Origin: Octopus vulgaris
Lineage: Eukaryota
DNA: 64,000 nucleotides
Direction: 5' to 3'
Assembly (NCBI GenBank): GCA_951406725.2
Contig: OX597827.1
Span: 2,604,001 to 2,668,000 of the forward strand
Shown here: one piece after another, positions 1 to 15,962 of the stretch
Position numbering within the stretch: position 1 is the stretch's first letter
Layout: the number at the start of each line of letters is the position of its first letter
Position numbers and translations under genes: made by a program
Notes under the pieces: generated by a model
What the model was told of the DNA's origin: nothing
Databases searched by the model: none
Seen by the model: the letters and a program-made list of their open reading frames with translations, nothing else

Positions 1-579
1 ATTAAATTCTTTCGCTGCAGCTTTTGTATTCACCACTCATTATCAAAATTGTTAAACAAAGGATATACATACATTTAATGTTTATATGTTATTTATGAAA
101 GTAACTAATAAACTATTCAGTAACGATGAATAACAAATTGCATCAAATTAATGATGTAACATGGAGATACAAGTTTCCAATAACCATTAGTCAAAATATA
201 TATAAATTTAATGCAAAATATATGGATTTATCTAATCCGATGATAATCACAAAAAACTCCTTTAGTAAACCAATCCATAGGGGTGAGATGTAGAGTCCTA
301 TGCAGTTGAAATTTAGTAAATCCAGTCAGTAATGATTATCTCATAAGAAGTATATAAAATATAAAGAAAGTGGATCTGAAGAGCTAGCCTTCTATACCCG
401 CGTAAGCTTGTAAAATATATATTAGTACTATGTAACTTACAACATACACAATAGTGCAGATATGTAAAATAATTTGTTATACACCAAAATAAATTATTTT
501 CCAATGACGTTGGCTGCGAAACGACCGTCATCTTGTGGACATTAACTGGTGAAATAAAGATATTCATCTCATGCCTCCT

Positions 580-645
<66 letters not shown>

Positions 646-1026
646 CAAAGCGTTGACATCAACAGTGTTTGCATTCATAACGTGTATTGCCGCCACTGAT
701 AAGCTTCCTTACTTGTTTCTGTTACTTTCTCGTACGTACGCACACACCTGCACACACATACACCACATATATAAGTCATATATAAATTGAATATATGAAA
801 GTATCGGCTTCCATTCAACTTATCCTTCATCAGGATATGATAGATAGATAGATAGATAGATAGATACATACATACATACATACATACATACATACATACA
901 TACATACATACATACATACATGCATGCATACATAGAGAGAGAAACAGACAGAAAGAAAGAGTGTGAGAGAGAGACAGACATAAAGACCGATATAAAGACA
1001 TACCTCTTCGTCGAAACCTGGAACGG

Positions 1027-1120
<94 letters not shown>

Positions 1121-1527
1121 TGATGGGTGTTTTTATAAAATCCATTCACACACCTTTGGTCTATCCGAAGTCATATTTCAAGACAGTTAAATTGCGTTGC
1201 CCAAGGTGCTACGCAATGGAACCGAACCCAGAACCATATGGATGGGAAGCAAACTTCTTACTACCCAACCTCACCTTCGTACATTTTTTTAACCTTTTTA
1301 GTATCATGATATCATCACCCTCACACCCCTTCCATCAGTACTGACTACCAGCAAATATCAAATGGAGTGTGTGTGTGTGTGTGTGTTGGGGAGGAGAGGA
1401 CATTTTTAAAGTTCTCTTGTATTCCAAGAAATATCATTTTGAGGAGGGAAGTACAATGATTAATGCTGACGTACAGGTGTTGCTGTTTGAAGAAATTTAC
1501 AGTGGGTCGGGTGGGTGGGCGAATCTT

Positions 1528-2960
<1,433 letters not shown>

Positions 2961-3392
2961 ACAGGAGATAATCCTAATAACAGCAATGATAGAAGTAATC
3001 ATGAAACATGCTATAAAGATGTAAATCAAATGGAAACATAAAAATATGGAAAATAATTGAGAAGAATATTTTGGAGTAAACGGAGAGAAAAAATGGAGCG
3101 ATTTTTAATATCTACCTGCTGAGCAAACACAGTTTTACGATCTTGGGTTTATGGTATGATGGCGCTTTTTTATTCATTTATTTATTTCCATTATTTACAC
3201 AGATACATACATGCATACATACATATATGTACATATGCATATACATATATATACACATATATAGGTACATGTATACATATATATATATATATATATATAT
3301 TCATACATAAATATACATACATATGCATACATACATATACATACACACACATATATATATTTATATATATATATACAAACATATGCATGTAC

Positions 3393-3435
<43 letters not shown>

Positions 3436-3449
3436 TATTTATAAATATA

Positions 3450-3493
<44 letters not shown>

Positions 3494-4107
3494 AACATAT
3501 GCATGTACATACATATACACACACACACACATATATATATATAAATGTGTGTGTGTGTGTTTGTGTGTACAAGGACAAATAGTGGTATGTGAAATCGCTT
3601 GCAACAAAACTTCTGATACATGAAAATTATTTACGCCTTAAAACGATATATCCTAATTATTAAATATCAATTATGACAACTTCCACTTGAGACGGCAGAT
3701 AATCTCAAGATTGAAGAAGTTCTCCAAAATTGACCTGCCCTAAAGGAAAGGAACCAGTATTTTTTTATGATATCGAAATATATGCCACTGACCCCTTCGA
3801 GTTATTTCCCTTAGCTTATTTTGTTTAAATGATGCAAATTACCTGACCCATTACAGTTTTGTGTAAGTCTAAGTACTTTGGCCATTGGAGATAAGATGGG
3901 GCAATTATCGTGCCAATGGTAACTATTGGACCAGGAACACTTGTCCATGGTTGTCCTCTGATCTGCAGACAATGTCAATTTTGGAGAATACTTGAGTTTT
4001 GGTATAATCCCCCCTTCTCAAGTAGAGCTCATCCATTTGTGTTTTCCGGGGATTTTTTGCCACTTTTTAAAACATTATGATACACCTTCCGGAGAAAAAG
4101 GTTTGGG

Positions 4108-5474
4108 GGATCATTTTCGTTTTCTTCCAACCAGAAATTTTAATCTGAAAACAAATTTTAATCTGATGACAAATATTCTATATTCTGGAAAAATCAATAA
4201 CAAAAATTTTAGTGGTATTTAAATTAACGTATTTTTAGCCAATGAATTTCAGGCTCGTCTCCTCACGGCGGAAATCGAAACTGTTTGTTGCCATGGCAAC
4301 TCCAGTGTATCGTTGTTTACTCTTACTGCTGCGGGTGAAAGAACAGACAGCTACTGAGCTTTCCAATGAAGATTGGTGGTGGTCCCTGTAGAATTATTGA
4401 AATAGACGAAACTGTACTTTCGAAGAGGAAATACAACAATTAGGGTTCGAATGTTACACAAGCCGTGGATTTTCAGCCGCATACCACGAAACATGAGAAG
4501 TTTTTGTTTTTTCATTTTTGCTGTGCCATCTAGAAATTGTGATGCTTTCGAAAATTGCATTCGACAATCAATTCTACCGAGAACAACTATTCACAGTGAC
4601 CTGTGGCGCGCGTACTCTAATATTTCTGCGATACCTGTGTACCAATTTTGCCATAGAGCGGCAAAACACAGCGTTGATTTTGTAAACAATTTAGACTGAA
4701 TCCATATCCAACTAGTTGAAAGCACTTGGACCTGTCTCAAGTGAGAGAATAAACAACTTTGTAGCAATTATCGTTCTGCAGCGGACTCATATCTCTGCGG
4801 CTTTCTGTGGCGCCACAGATACGAAAAAATATGATCTCTTAAAAATATATTTATATTGTTTCATTTCATTGTTGTTTTCTTTAAGTGACAGTTCAAGTGT
4901 TTCCGTTTCATTTTTGCTATTATTTCTAGCGAGTCCAATGCAAGATCTGTAACTATGGCAATAATATTATTACTCTAATTATATATAAATATAAATCTTC
5001 AAGCGGTTGGAAAGAAAAAAACGAAAAAGAAAAAATTTAAATTCCTTATTTCAAAATTATATTCTTTTATTAAATTCATACTAGAAAAAAAATTACTTCA
5101 TTTATTTTTCTAAAATTTCCTTTTTTAAAATTTAAGGTTCCGTAAGATTTTCGGGTCCAAAATTGCGTCTTTCATTCAATTTTTACGGTTCCCTTTTTGT
5201 TTCCAGCTTCAAAAATTTGCATGAAATGCCATGGCAACAGATAGTTTCGACTTTTGCTTGTGAGGACACTGGACTTATCTCATTGGCTAAAATTATGTAA
5301 CTTTAAATGTTCCTGATTTCTTAATTGTTAATTTTTCAAAAAGAAAAAACAAAAAAAACAAACGAATGCAATTTTCGCCATAGCATGGAAATCTACATCA
5401 GTGTGGAAATTTTGAAAACAATTCATTAAAAATTGGAAACTCATCAAATGGTGGGAAGAGAACGAAAATGATCC
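4108..5474 (+). mobile_element. Decayed Merlin (IS1595/ISXO2-like) DNA transposon with long imperfect TIRs
   Basis: Broken frames at ~4375-4830 read IIEIDETVLSKRKYN, FAVPSRN, ILPRTTIHSDLWRAYS, KHSVDFVN and IHIQLVESTW. Ends are ggatcattttcgt (4108) and acgaaaatgatcc (5474), with internal inverted blocks ttttagccaatga and tcgaaact..tgttgccatggca. No TSD recognised. Confidence 0.85.
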
Positions 5475-6918
5475 GATTTTTGCTGTACTTGCATTTGTCT
5501 ATGTTATTCAAATACATGCTACTGGCCACTTCGAGTTACTTCTTTTAACTAATTTGTGAGTGTGTGTGTGTACATCTATCTATCTATATATGTATATAAA
5601 CAAATGAAAGGATAAAATACACGGAAGGTTAAGTTGAAAAGCATATGCTGAATGCACAGACAAACGGAAAACAAAAACAGAAGGTCACCAACTCCTCCCC
5701 AGTTATCGGTCAGGCTCTCAAACGCAATTTCGTGCCATTATCGATAATATTGCTTCCATTCAGGTGGCACCAGTAAGAAAACTTGCCGGGAATGCGGCTA
5801 AAAACAAAACGCGACGGACAAACAATGGAGGAACAAGAAACACGGAAATGGATAGAAGTAATTCGAGACGGGGCCGCTTGTGAGAATATAGCCTTAGGGC
5901 CCAGGCGAAGACAACAAAGAAGAAGAAGAAGAAGAAGAAGAAGAAGAAGAAGAAGAAGAAGAAGAAGAAGAAGAAGAAGAAGAAGAAGAAGAAGAAGAAG
6001 AATACATATACAACAACAAATAAAGCAGTTGGCTAGCAGACAGCCATTATGGAGTAAGGCAAAAGAGACATGAAACATGTCCTCAAGGACTAAAGACAAG
6101 AGAAAGGCAGAGCAAGGAACAGAGTGACGGATCCGGTCGAAGGTAAGGCGAAACAGAAATGAGACCGCCTTAGATCGTGACTGGTCATGTAGTAGTGGGA
6201 GGAGAAAGAAAGAGTCAGAGGGACTAGAGAAATGGAGGAGAGTAACAGGGAGGGAAAGAGAGAAGAGACGCAGAAAAAGGGAGAGTGCGCCTTTGTAGCA
6301 GCACTTATAATAATAGAGGTAGTTTCTGCGGCAATATTCGGTCACGTGATAGTTATTCCCAAGTCATGATGGCCATATTAATTGTGACTGGTTCTGTTAG
6401 AGGTATCAGAAATGTTCACTGGATTTGCACTGATGTTGGAACGGAGAGAGATGATCGAGATGGCTTTTAAAATGCCTGCTCTCCCTCCTTCACATCTCTT
6501 TTAAAATGCTTGCTCTCCCTCCTTCACATAAAATCTCTTTTAAAATTTTTACTTCTGGAATTTTACTCGTAGCAGCTTTTAACAAATTTTACATCCATCC
6601 ATTTATGAAGAAACACATTTTGTTTATTTTAAAAGAATTTTTTTTCTGGATTTTGTTTATCTTTGTTCTTCACTTCGTTCATTTTTATGCTTCATTCCAA
6701 ATGCACACACATCTATGTACATGTAGATATATACGCGTGAATATGTTTGGTATATATCTACTTATGTGGATGTACGCCGTTATGAATATATATATATGTA
6801 TGTATGTATGTATATAAGTATATATAGGCACACATACTTATAGATTTTTAAATACATTAATATCTATACGTGCTTACGTACATGCACATATTCACACACA
6901 CACACACATACACACACT

Positions 6919-6961
<43 letters not shown>

Positions 6962-7414
6962 ACATATCTATTTATCTATCTAATATTCAAATACATTTGA
7001 ATATTTTATTCTTTCCTCTGAAATTCCCATTACAAGAAGTAATGACTAGTCTCGCGTTGTTGATATTATCTATCTATCTATCCATATATCTACATACATG
7101 CTAATACTCATATATATATACATATACACACACACACACACATATATATATATACACTCACACACACACATATTTGCATTTTGTATGTGTATGTATGTAC
7201 TACGTATCTACACGCATATACTCCAGCAACAAGCATCCAAACACGCATGATTCTCATACACAATTATACATACACTCACATATCATACGCGCAGACATAT
7301 GCATACGTACAATCTTGTGCACTTAAATATTTCAATGTTAAGCGAATATGCAAAAGTTTCTCCAATTGTATTTTCTAAAGTCTATGTGCGTCTGTGAATA
7401 CACACACTAACACA

Positions 7415-7606
7415 AACATGCATGCATACATACATACATACATACATGCATGCATACATACATACATACATACATACATACATACATACATACATACATA
7501 CATACATACATGCATGCATACATACATACATACATACATACATACATACATGCATGCATACATACATACATACATACATACATACATACATACATACATA
7601 CATACA

Positions 7607-7640
<34 letters not shown>

Positions 7641-7710
7641 CATACATATATACATACATACATGCATCATACATACATACATACGTGCATGCATGCATAC
7701 ATACATACAT
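7415..7710. repeat. (ATAC)n tetranucleotide microsatellite, representative of many (AT)n, (AC)n, (AG)n, (ATAC)n and (AGAT)n tracts
   Basis: Directly visible; similar tracts at 841-1120, 31330-31517, 33840-33980, 36605-36860, 39455-39668 and 46995-47075. Confidence 0.95.
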
Positions 7711-7782
7711 GTAACTTTATCTTTTATCTTTTACTTGCTTCAGTCATAAGACAGCGGCCATACTGGAGCACTGCCTTGAAGA

Positions 7783-7817
<35 letters not shown>

Positions 7818-7980
7818 CACTCGCGCCCGCGTGCGAGTTCGCACATAAAGGCAAAACAAGTTGGTAAAATAGTACTCGAATACTGAAGGTAGAGTAACAC
7901 GCTTAATCACAACTGTCCGACGGAGAAGAACGGGAAACTCCAAGTCATAGTTTTTTGTGATTTTTTGCAACTTTAAGAAA

Positions 7981-8023
<43 letters not shown>

Positions 8024-8138
8024 TATATATATATATATATATAATTATATATATATATATATAATTATTATTATTATAATTATTATTATTATTATATGAT
8101 CGAACGCCACGCACCCTTTTCCAAGTAAGATTTATCTT

Positions 8139-8186
<48 letters not shown>

Positions 8187-8502
8187 CACAAGACTTTGGT
8201 CGGCCCGAAGCTATAGTAGAAGGCTCTTTGCCAAGGTGCCGAACAGAGGGCCTGAACCCGGAACCATTTGGTCGAGAAGCAAGATTCTTACCACACAGCC
8301 ACGCGGTGGGGGTGGGGTGGGGGAGTAGAGAAAGAGTTAAACGTAAAGTTATCATATCTTAGCCAGTGTGCAATTGTAGAAATCCTTGCATATTTGCATA
8401 ACATGGAAACACACTTTAGTTTAACAGACACAAAGTGCAGCATAAGCAAAAATAATAAAACAATATTGTTGTTTTATGGGGAGGGGGGAGAGGTGGAATG
8501 GT

Positions 8503-8759
8503 GATGGTAGCGGTAGGAGCGATGGTGGCGGTAGGAGCGATGGTGGCGGTAGGAGCGATGGTGGCGGTAGGAGCGATGGTGGCGGTAGGGGCGATGGTGG
8601 CGGTAGGAGCGATGGTGGCGGTAGGAGCGATGGTGGCGGTAGGAGCGATGGTGGCGGTAGGAGCGATGGTGGCGGTAGGAGCGATGGTGGCGGTAGGAGC
8701 GATGGTGGCGGTAGGAGCGATGGTGGCGGTAGGAGCGATGGTGGCGGTAGGAGCGATGG
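8503..8759. repeat. 18-bp minisatellite (GATGGTGGCGGTAGGAGC) x14
   Basis: 14 units, only two with a single substitution. Confidence 0.97.
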
Positions 8760-8929
8760 AAGGGTATTACTCAAAGAGACTTGTGATCAGCGATTGCTTT
8801 CCCTGCCGTTGCTGATGTCGCTACTGTTCATGTTAATGCTGCAGCTGTTGCTCTTGCTGCTGTTGATGATGATTGCTATGTCTTGCTGCAGCTCCTCCGC
8901 TCTCTGTAGTTGATCTTATTTTTGCTGTT

Positions 8930-9725
8930 GTTGTTGTACGTAATGGTAGTGGTGGAGGCGGCGGTGGAAGTGGGGGTGGTGGATAATGTTGAGATGATGA
9001 TGGTGGTGGTAGTGATGGTAATGATGGTGGTGGCAGTGATGGTTGTACTGAGGACGATAATGCTGATAGTGGTGGTATTGATGATGTTGGTGGTGGTAAA
9101 GGTGGTAGTGGTGATGCTGGTGGTAGTGATGGCGGCAATGATGGTGTTGGTGTTGGTGATGGTAGTGGTGGGATGGTGTTGGTGGCGGTAGTGATGGTTA
9201 TGATGGCCGTATTGGTGGTGGTTTTGGTGTTGATGTTGTAGTGGTGGTGGGGTGATGGTGGTGATGGTGGCGGTGGTGGCGGTGATGGTGGTGGTGGTGA
9301 CGGTGGTTATGGTGGAGATGTTGGTGGGGGTGGCGGTGTTGGTGGTGTTGGTGGTGGTGATTGTGGTGTTGGTTATGGTGGTGGTTATAGTGGAAGTGTT
9401 GGTGGTGTTGGTGATGGTGGCGGTGGTAGTTATGGTCGTGGTAATGGTGATGGTAGTGGTGGTGATGGTGGTGGTGGTGCTATTGATGTTGTTGTTGTTG
9501 GAGGGGTGGTATTGGTAGTGCTGGGGGTGGTGGTGCTGCTGCTGGTTCTCCATGTTTCCCCGTTGTTCCACATTTCCCTTCTCTTTGTTACTGTTGTTGT
9601 TTTTGTTATCATTGTTGTTCTTGTTGCTGTTGCTGTTTCTGTTGATGTTGCTGTTTTGATGGCGGCGTGGCTCTTTCCTTTTTTCTTTTTTCTTTTTTTC
9701 TTTTTTTGCTGTCGTTGTTGTTGTT
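8930..9725. repeat. Degenerate (GGT/GAT/GTT)n low-complexity tract
   Basis: Directly visible. Confidence 0.9.
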
Positions 9726-9870
9726 AAGGTATTTCAAACATAAAAAACCAAAAGAAAAAAATTAAAAGAAAAAAAAACGAGCATTTTATTTTTATTTGAA
9801 ATAAAATTACTCTGCTCAGATTTGTTGCAAAAAATATTTCGTTTATATACGTGAGTGTATTTCTTTCTCC

Positions 9871-9926
<56 letters not shown>

Positions 9927-10133
9927 TCACACACATTCACACACGCACACACACACACACGCATTTCCATATGTGCGTATAGATATATACACATACATAT
10001 AGATATATGTATGCATATATAAATATATATGTATACACCGTGTGTGTATAGGTATGCATGCATATGTATATACACACACCCTCACTCACTTCACATATAC
10101 TCACATATACACGCATACGTACATACTCGTACC

Positions 10134-10166
<33 letters not shown>

Positions 10167-10479
10167 TAATAAAACTTTACATATATAAATATAAATAACG
10201 TGAAATACACGAAGGGATATATATATACATATGTGTGTGTGGTGCTTTTCTCTTTCACCTCTCCCCCTTTCGCGAAAGACAAGCATATATACGTGCATGT
10301 GTGTGTCTGTATTTATATGTATGTATGGAAGGATTTAAGAATGTATGTTCGTGTACCTCTTGTGCACCATCAGCTGCACCTGCATTCATACTCCACCAAA
10401 AAGCCCCATACTGCTGCTGAGCGTACACACATACATATATGCATGCATGTATGTATGTATGTATGTATGTATGTATCTA

Positions 10480-10523
<44 letters not shown>

Positions 10524-10767
10524 ATCACATATACATACATACGTACATATATGTATATATATGGAGGGGGTATAGGATTTTTTAATGCAGAAACTGCACC
10601 TGCATAGATGCATGACTAAAAAGACCCATGGCGGCGGTATACACCGATATACGTACGTACGTATGTGTGTGCGTGTTTTTAAATGTATGTATATATATGC
10701 ATGTGTATATGTTCGTACGTATGTATATATGTATGAATGCATGCATTATGTAGGTCTATTAGTCTAT

Positions 10768-10865
<98 letters not shown>

Positions 10866-11199
10866 CTATGTATGTATGTATGTATGTATATAAGAGTTCA
10901 GGGTTCAGTTGAATCTGGTACTTAAATAGTAAAGCACCAACGCCGGGTAAAGAAAATAACAATCGTGTATGAAACAAAATAAGAGGAATATATACGTACA
11001 TGCCGAAGTACAGACGGATTAATATTGCAGTTGCATATACGATCACAAGCGCCTGACTGATTATACCACGAATCTCAAGACTGTACCAAGGAACATATCT
11101 TACCAACTGAATTGCGCTTAATAGACTCCAGATTCACGCTTATTGCAGGTTCCAAGTAACGGGAATAATAAATAAATAACAACAGATAGAAATTGCTTC

Positions 11200-11284
11200 A
11201 TTCACTACAGCTGTTTCAAACGTGTTTTTTTATTGATGAATAGTTATTACATCATACGAAAAAAATCATTTTCATCAGGTGAAT
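11200..11284 (-). ncRNA. Type I hammerhead ribozyme motif with palindromic stem III
   Basis: Minus strand reads attcac-CTGATGA-aaatg...long imperfect hairpin...cgttt-GAAA-CAGCTG-TA-gtgaat. 6-bp stem I, GUA triplet; the first stem II pair is A-U instead of G-C. Confidence 0.72.
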
Positions 11285-11789
11285 ATACACGAATTGAATA
11301 TTATAAAAACCATTCCAAATATCAATAATATGTGGCACTTCATGATTCCAGGTTAGCTTCAGCCAAAGAATGATTTGCTTACTCTAGTTGTGCAGGAAAA
11401 TCATTAGGAGCGGGGAGGGAAGTAGGGAAGATGTTTTAGTGAGAGTATGTTGTAGCGGGAATAAGAAAACAAAATAGGGGATGAGAATCAGATATTCTGC
11501 TCTAATTTCATAAGTTACTATAGACACCTAAAGCACAAATCTGGACAAGCTTGTTTATGGAAGACCCGCAGTTGCCCATGCGTACCAGTCTCCCTCGCAC
11601 CGATGTTATCCAAGAGAAAGGCAAAGGCCGATAGAGCTTGGCGCCAATGACGTTGCAATTCACTTCTACAGTTGAGTGAACTGGAGCAACGTGAAGTAAA
11701 GTAGCTTACTCAAGATCACAACACACAGCCCAGTCCAGGAATTGAACTCACTACCTCGAGATTGTGAGCCCGATGCTCTAACTACCAAG

Positions 11790-11863
<74 letters not shown>

Positions 11864-12068
11864 ATATATGTACATATAATTATAAAATGAGATAGGGGTT
11901 GAAAAATTCAACCCACCATGGGATAACATATATCCAATATACTGCTAGATAGGTACCCAACAAGACTAATACATAGATGTTAAAAATTGCCAAGCAATTA
12001 GTTCATCTATTGTATTATATGGGCAAAGGTAATAATATTACCGTAAATTAATACTATATATGTATATA

Positions 12069-12177
<109 letters not shown>

Positions 12178-12190
12178 GTATATGTATGTT

Positions 12191-12240
<50 letters not shown>

Positions 12241-12243
<3 letters not shown>

Positions 12244-12530
12244 TTATATATAAAAGAGAACTTGTGTGTCTGTCTCCTACGATTTAGATTCCTAACTACT
12301 CCCACATTTTGCGGTGCAGTGTAACCAAAAGCGGGTATCTTATAGTCAATGATTCATATCGAGCCCTTCTGGGTATTAGTGCGCATCTACGATGAGTCTA
12401 CGATTTAAAAAAAAATTTACCATCAATTTTTCCCATTTTTAATGCTCAATATAAGGGAAGTAACTCTCTAAAAATGCTTACTATAGTTATTTCCCTTGCA
12501 AACCCGAGCAACGCCGGGCGATACTGCTAG
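12241..12530 (+). mobile_element. Non-autonomous Helitron (290 bp)
   Basis: 5' TC start (tctttatatataaaag), subterminal hairpin cccgagcaacgccggg, 3' CTAG end. Inserted between A and T in a (TA)n tract with no TSD. Confidence 0.85.
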
Positions 12531-12831
12531 TATATATATATATATATATAAAGGAATACAAAAAAAATGCGACAAGAACGCAAAACATCCAGACAGATGA
12601 TACAAAAAGGGACAAGAAAACACGGACGAGTCATTCGAAGTTTTCTTTCTTCAGTCGAGTTCCAGATTATCTTTGTAATTTCGGCTGGTTATACTCGAGA
12701 TTGCTCCAATCTGGCCAGCCCCAAGGAAAAACTAAGCTAAGAGCACAATATTCCTTAGAAGAAAGCAGCGAATGTATACGAAAACAAGGACGAAAAAAAC
12801 CGGAGTTGGCGGCATACGTACACTTTAGTCA

Positions 12832-12863
<32 letters not shown>

Positions 12864-12864
12864 T

Positions 12865-12905
<41 letters not shown>

Positions 12906-13261
12906 AAAAATTATTATTCTGTGCGTTGCTAATCAAATCCCGGCACGTATTGGGAAACTGTCAGTAGCAAAGGAGTGAATCCTTTGAATTAAAAACACCT
13001 TTATGTGGATACCACCTGAATAACCGAACTGTGACTTTGTTGATAAATCACACCTGCTACCATACATGGCATCGAGTGCTTTTTAATAGCTCGTGACTAT
13101 GAATATGCACTCACAACTTCCCACTTTTATGTCGAAGAAACAGGAGACCACGATCCTCGCCAGCAGCATGTCAGTTTTCCATCACCAATACACAAAGAAA
13201 AAGAAAAAACCTATTTAATAGAAACAACTTTAAACTGATTTACAGCTGTACTAATATTGTT

Positions 13262-13865
13262 TGAAATTTTAGCACAAGTCCAGCAATTTCGAGAAAGGTG
13301 TCTATAAAATAAGTACTAGATGATCACTGGGCTCGATTGGGGTCGATTATATCTGTACTTATTTTATCTGGTACATATTTTATCGACCCTGAAAGGCGAA
13401 GTCGACTTCGGCGGAATTTGAACTCAGAATGTAGCGGCAGACGAAATAACTATTTCTTTACTACCCACAAGGGGCTAAACATAGAGGGGAGAATCAAGGA
13501 CAGACGAAAGGATTCAGTCGATTACAACGACCCCAGTGCGTAACTGGTACTTTATTTATCGACCACGAAAGGATGAAAGGCAAAGTCGACCTCGGTGGAA
13601 TTTGAACTCAGAACGTAACGGCAGACGAAATAACTATTTCTTTACTACCCACAAGGGGATAAACTCAGAGAGGACAAACAAGGACAGACAAAGGGATTAA
13701 GTCGATTATATCGACCCAGTGCGTAACTGGTACTTATTTAATCGACCCCGAAAGGATGAAAGGCAAAGTCGACCTCGGCGGAATTTGAACTCAAAACGTA
13801 GCCGCAGACGAAATACTGCTAAGCATTTCACCTGGCGTGCTAACGTTTCTGCCAGCTCGTCACCG
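13262..13865 (-). mobile_element. SINE family A (tRNA-like head, Nin/Deu-like cctttcatcctttcggggtcgataaa), trimer of ~184-bp units
   Basis: Three tandem units; acgaaat recurs at 13441, 13625 and 13808; B-box-like gagttcaaattcc. Confidence 0.85.
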
Positions 13866-14519
13866 AAAATACTAATAGCTGGTAGATCCCTATCCAGAGA
13901 CTCAAGATATTTAAGAGAGTGACAATACTTCCAATGCATCGCCAATCTGAGCAGTTAATGCTTCTCTCTACTGAAATAGGTCATTTAGATGTCCAGTAAC
14001 GCCTAATGTCTAACTCAAAAAGCTTTAATGATCGTTTTGCAGTTCTATATTTAAGAGATGAGGAATTATGTACCAGTTACGCACTGCGGTCGATATAATC
14101 GACTTAATCCGTTTGTCGGTCCTTGTTTGTCCTCTCTGTGTTTAGCCCCTAGTGGGTAGTAAAGAAATAGGTTCTTCCAGATGACTACGAGGTATACCCT
14201 TCATTCGCTTCCCAGTCGAGTGAAGAAGTTAGGGCGTTGTACTCATGAGTGTCAGATGGTGGTTTCGATTTCTGGACCAGGTATGTGGTGCATGGTGTTC
14301 TTAGGCAAGGCACGTTATTTTATGTTGCTCTCTACCACTCAGCTGTAAACTGTAAATGAGGGACCCAGCGACGGACTGGTGACCCGTAACCCGTGACCCG
14401 TCCAGGAGGAATGTTGTGGTCTAAGTCACTTATACACGGTGATGGTAGTGGTGGTGGTGGTAGTGGTGGTGGTGATGGTGGTGGTGGTGGTGGTGGTGGT
14501 GATATACTTTAGATACATG

Positions 14520-15200
14520 ACAGTACCATCAGTCGGCCCGGTCCGAGATGCACAAAGACTGGCTGACGAAACCTTAATCCACACACTTCGTCATTCTTCT
14601 TCCATGCATTGTTGAGTTATGGAATTGTGTTAAACATTAGCAGTAGAATGAAGAAGGAAACCTGCTGTCAGGTACTCGAGTCCATTGAGAAGAAAGCCTC
14701 GTAACCTTCCTTTGACAAAGCAGAGTATACAGTTTATCTCTTGCCTCTTGGATTTACAGAAAGAGGTTGAGTAATGGATGTGACTAGCATTATGGAGCTC
14801 CAGTTTCAATGTGTACGTACAAAACTCACTGGACAAACCATCTATAAACTGCTGAATTTTCCTCTACATCCACTCACTGCCGTCTATATCTAAGCAGCAA
14901 TTAACGTCGAAATAAGGATTGAAGTCCACCACCTCTTCTAAATAGCCGAGCAAGTATTGCTTAAAAATCGTACACATCTCACTGAGATTGAGGTGGAGGA
15001 AAAAAAAAAACAAAAAAAAAAACCGAATTGTGACTTTGATAGTCGTCACACTGCTGCAACTCATGCTATTAAACGGCTTTTGGTGGCTTGAATCTTTGGA
15101 GCATGCGCCCACAAACTTCCGGTTTCGCGTCGAAGAAATGCGAGAAAACCAATTTCTCTGAAGTCGGTATTAACTTGCTGACGATAAAGGAAAGAAGAAA
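14520..15200 (-). pseudogene. Possible decayed coding relic (transposon ORF1-like)
   Basis: Consecutive in-frame segments MSCSSVTTIKVTIR..LGYLEEVVDF..*RKIQQFIDGL.. are separated by single stops. Identity not established. Confidence 0.25.
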
Positions 15201-15786
15201 AAATGCAACAAAGAATAAAAAAAAATAAAGAAAAAAAGCTCATATGTTCCACTCACTACTTCTTGCTTGATTGGTTAGTAGAAGGAAGAGCATTCAGCTG
15301 TAACGAAAGGAAAAAATACACAGAAAAAAAAGACAAGAAAACAACACTGGAATACAGAAACCGTTGCGTCACTGCAAGCGTGGAGAAAAAAAAAGAAAAC
15401 AATATGAAAACAGCCGTAAAAAATATAAAACATAAAAAATACCGGGACAAAGAAGAAAAGAAAAAAGACCAAAGAAGAAAGATTATTTAGAGTAGTTATT
15501 TATTATTAATTTATTATTATTAATAATATGTTATTATTAATATTGTGTTATTATTATTATTTTCAAAATTTTATTATTAGCACTGTCGTGTTGGAAAAGT
15601 TAGGGTTTATTTTGACCCTAAGTTCATGATGACAAAAGTATTTATTTAACCCATTTAGGAGGGATTTCTGTTACTATATATATACATATATATACACACA
15701 CATATATATATATATATAAAATATAAAATATATACATGCACGTGTATGTATATAAGTATACATGTATATATATGTATATATGTGTA

Positions 15787-15962
<176 letters not shown>

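Noticed and set aside
13262-13865. CRISPR-like regular repeat spacing
   Set aside because: Whole ~184-bp units repeat with no unique spacers; eukaryotic context and no cas genes.
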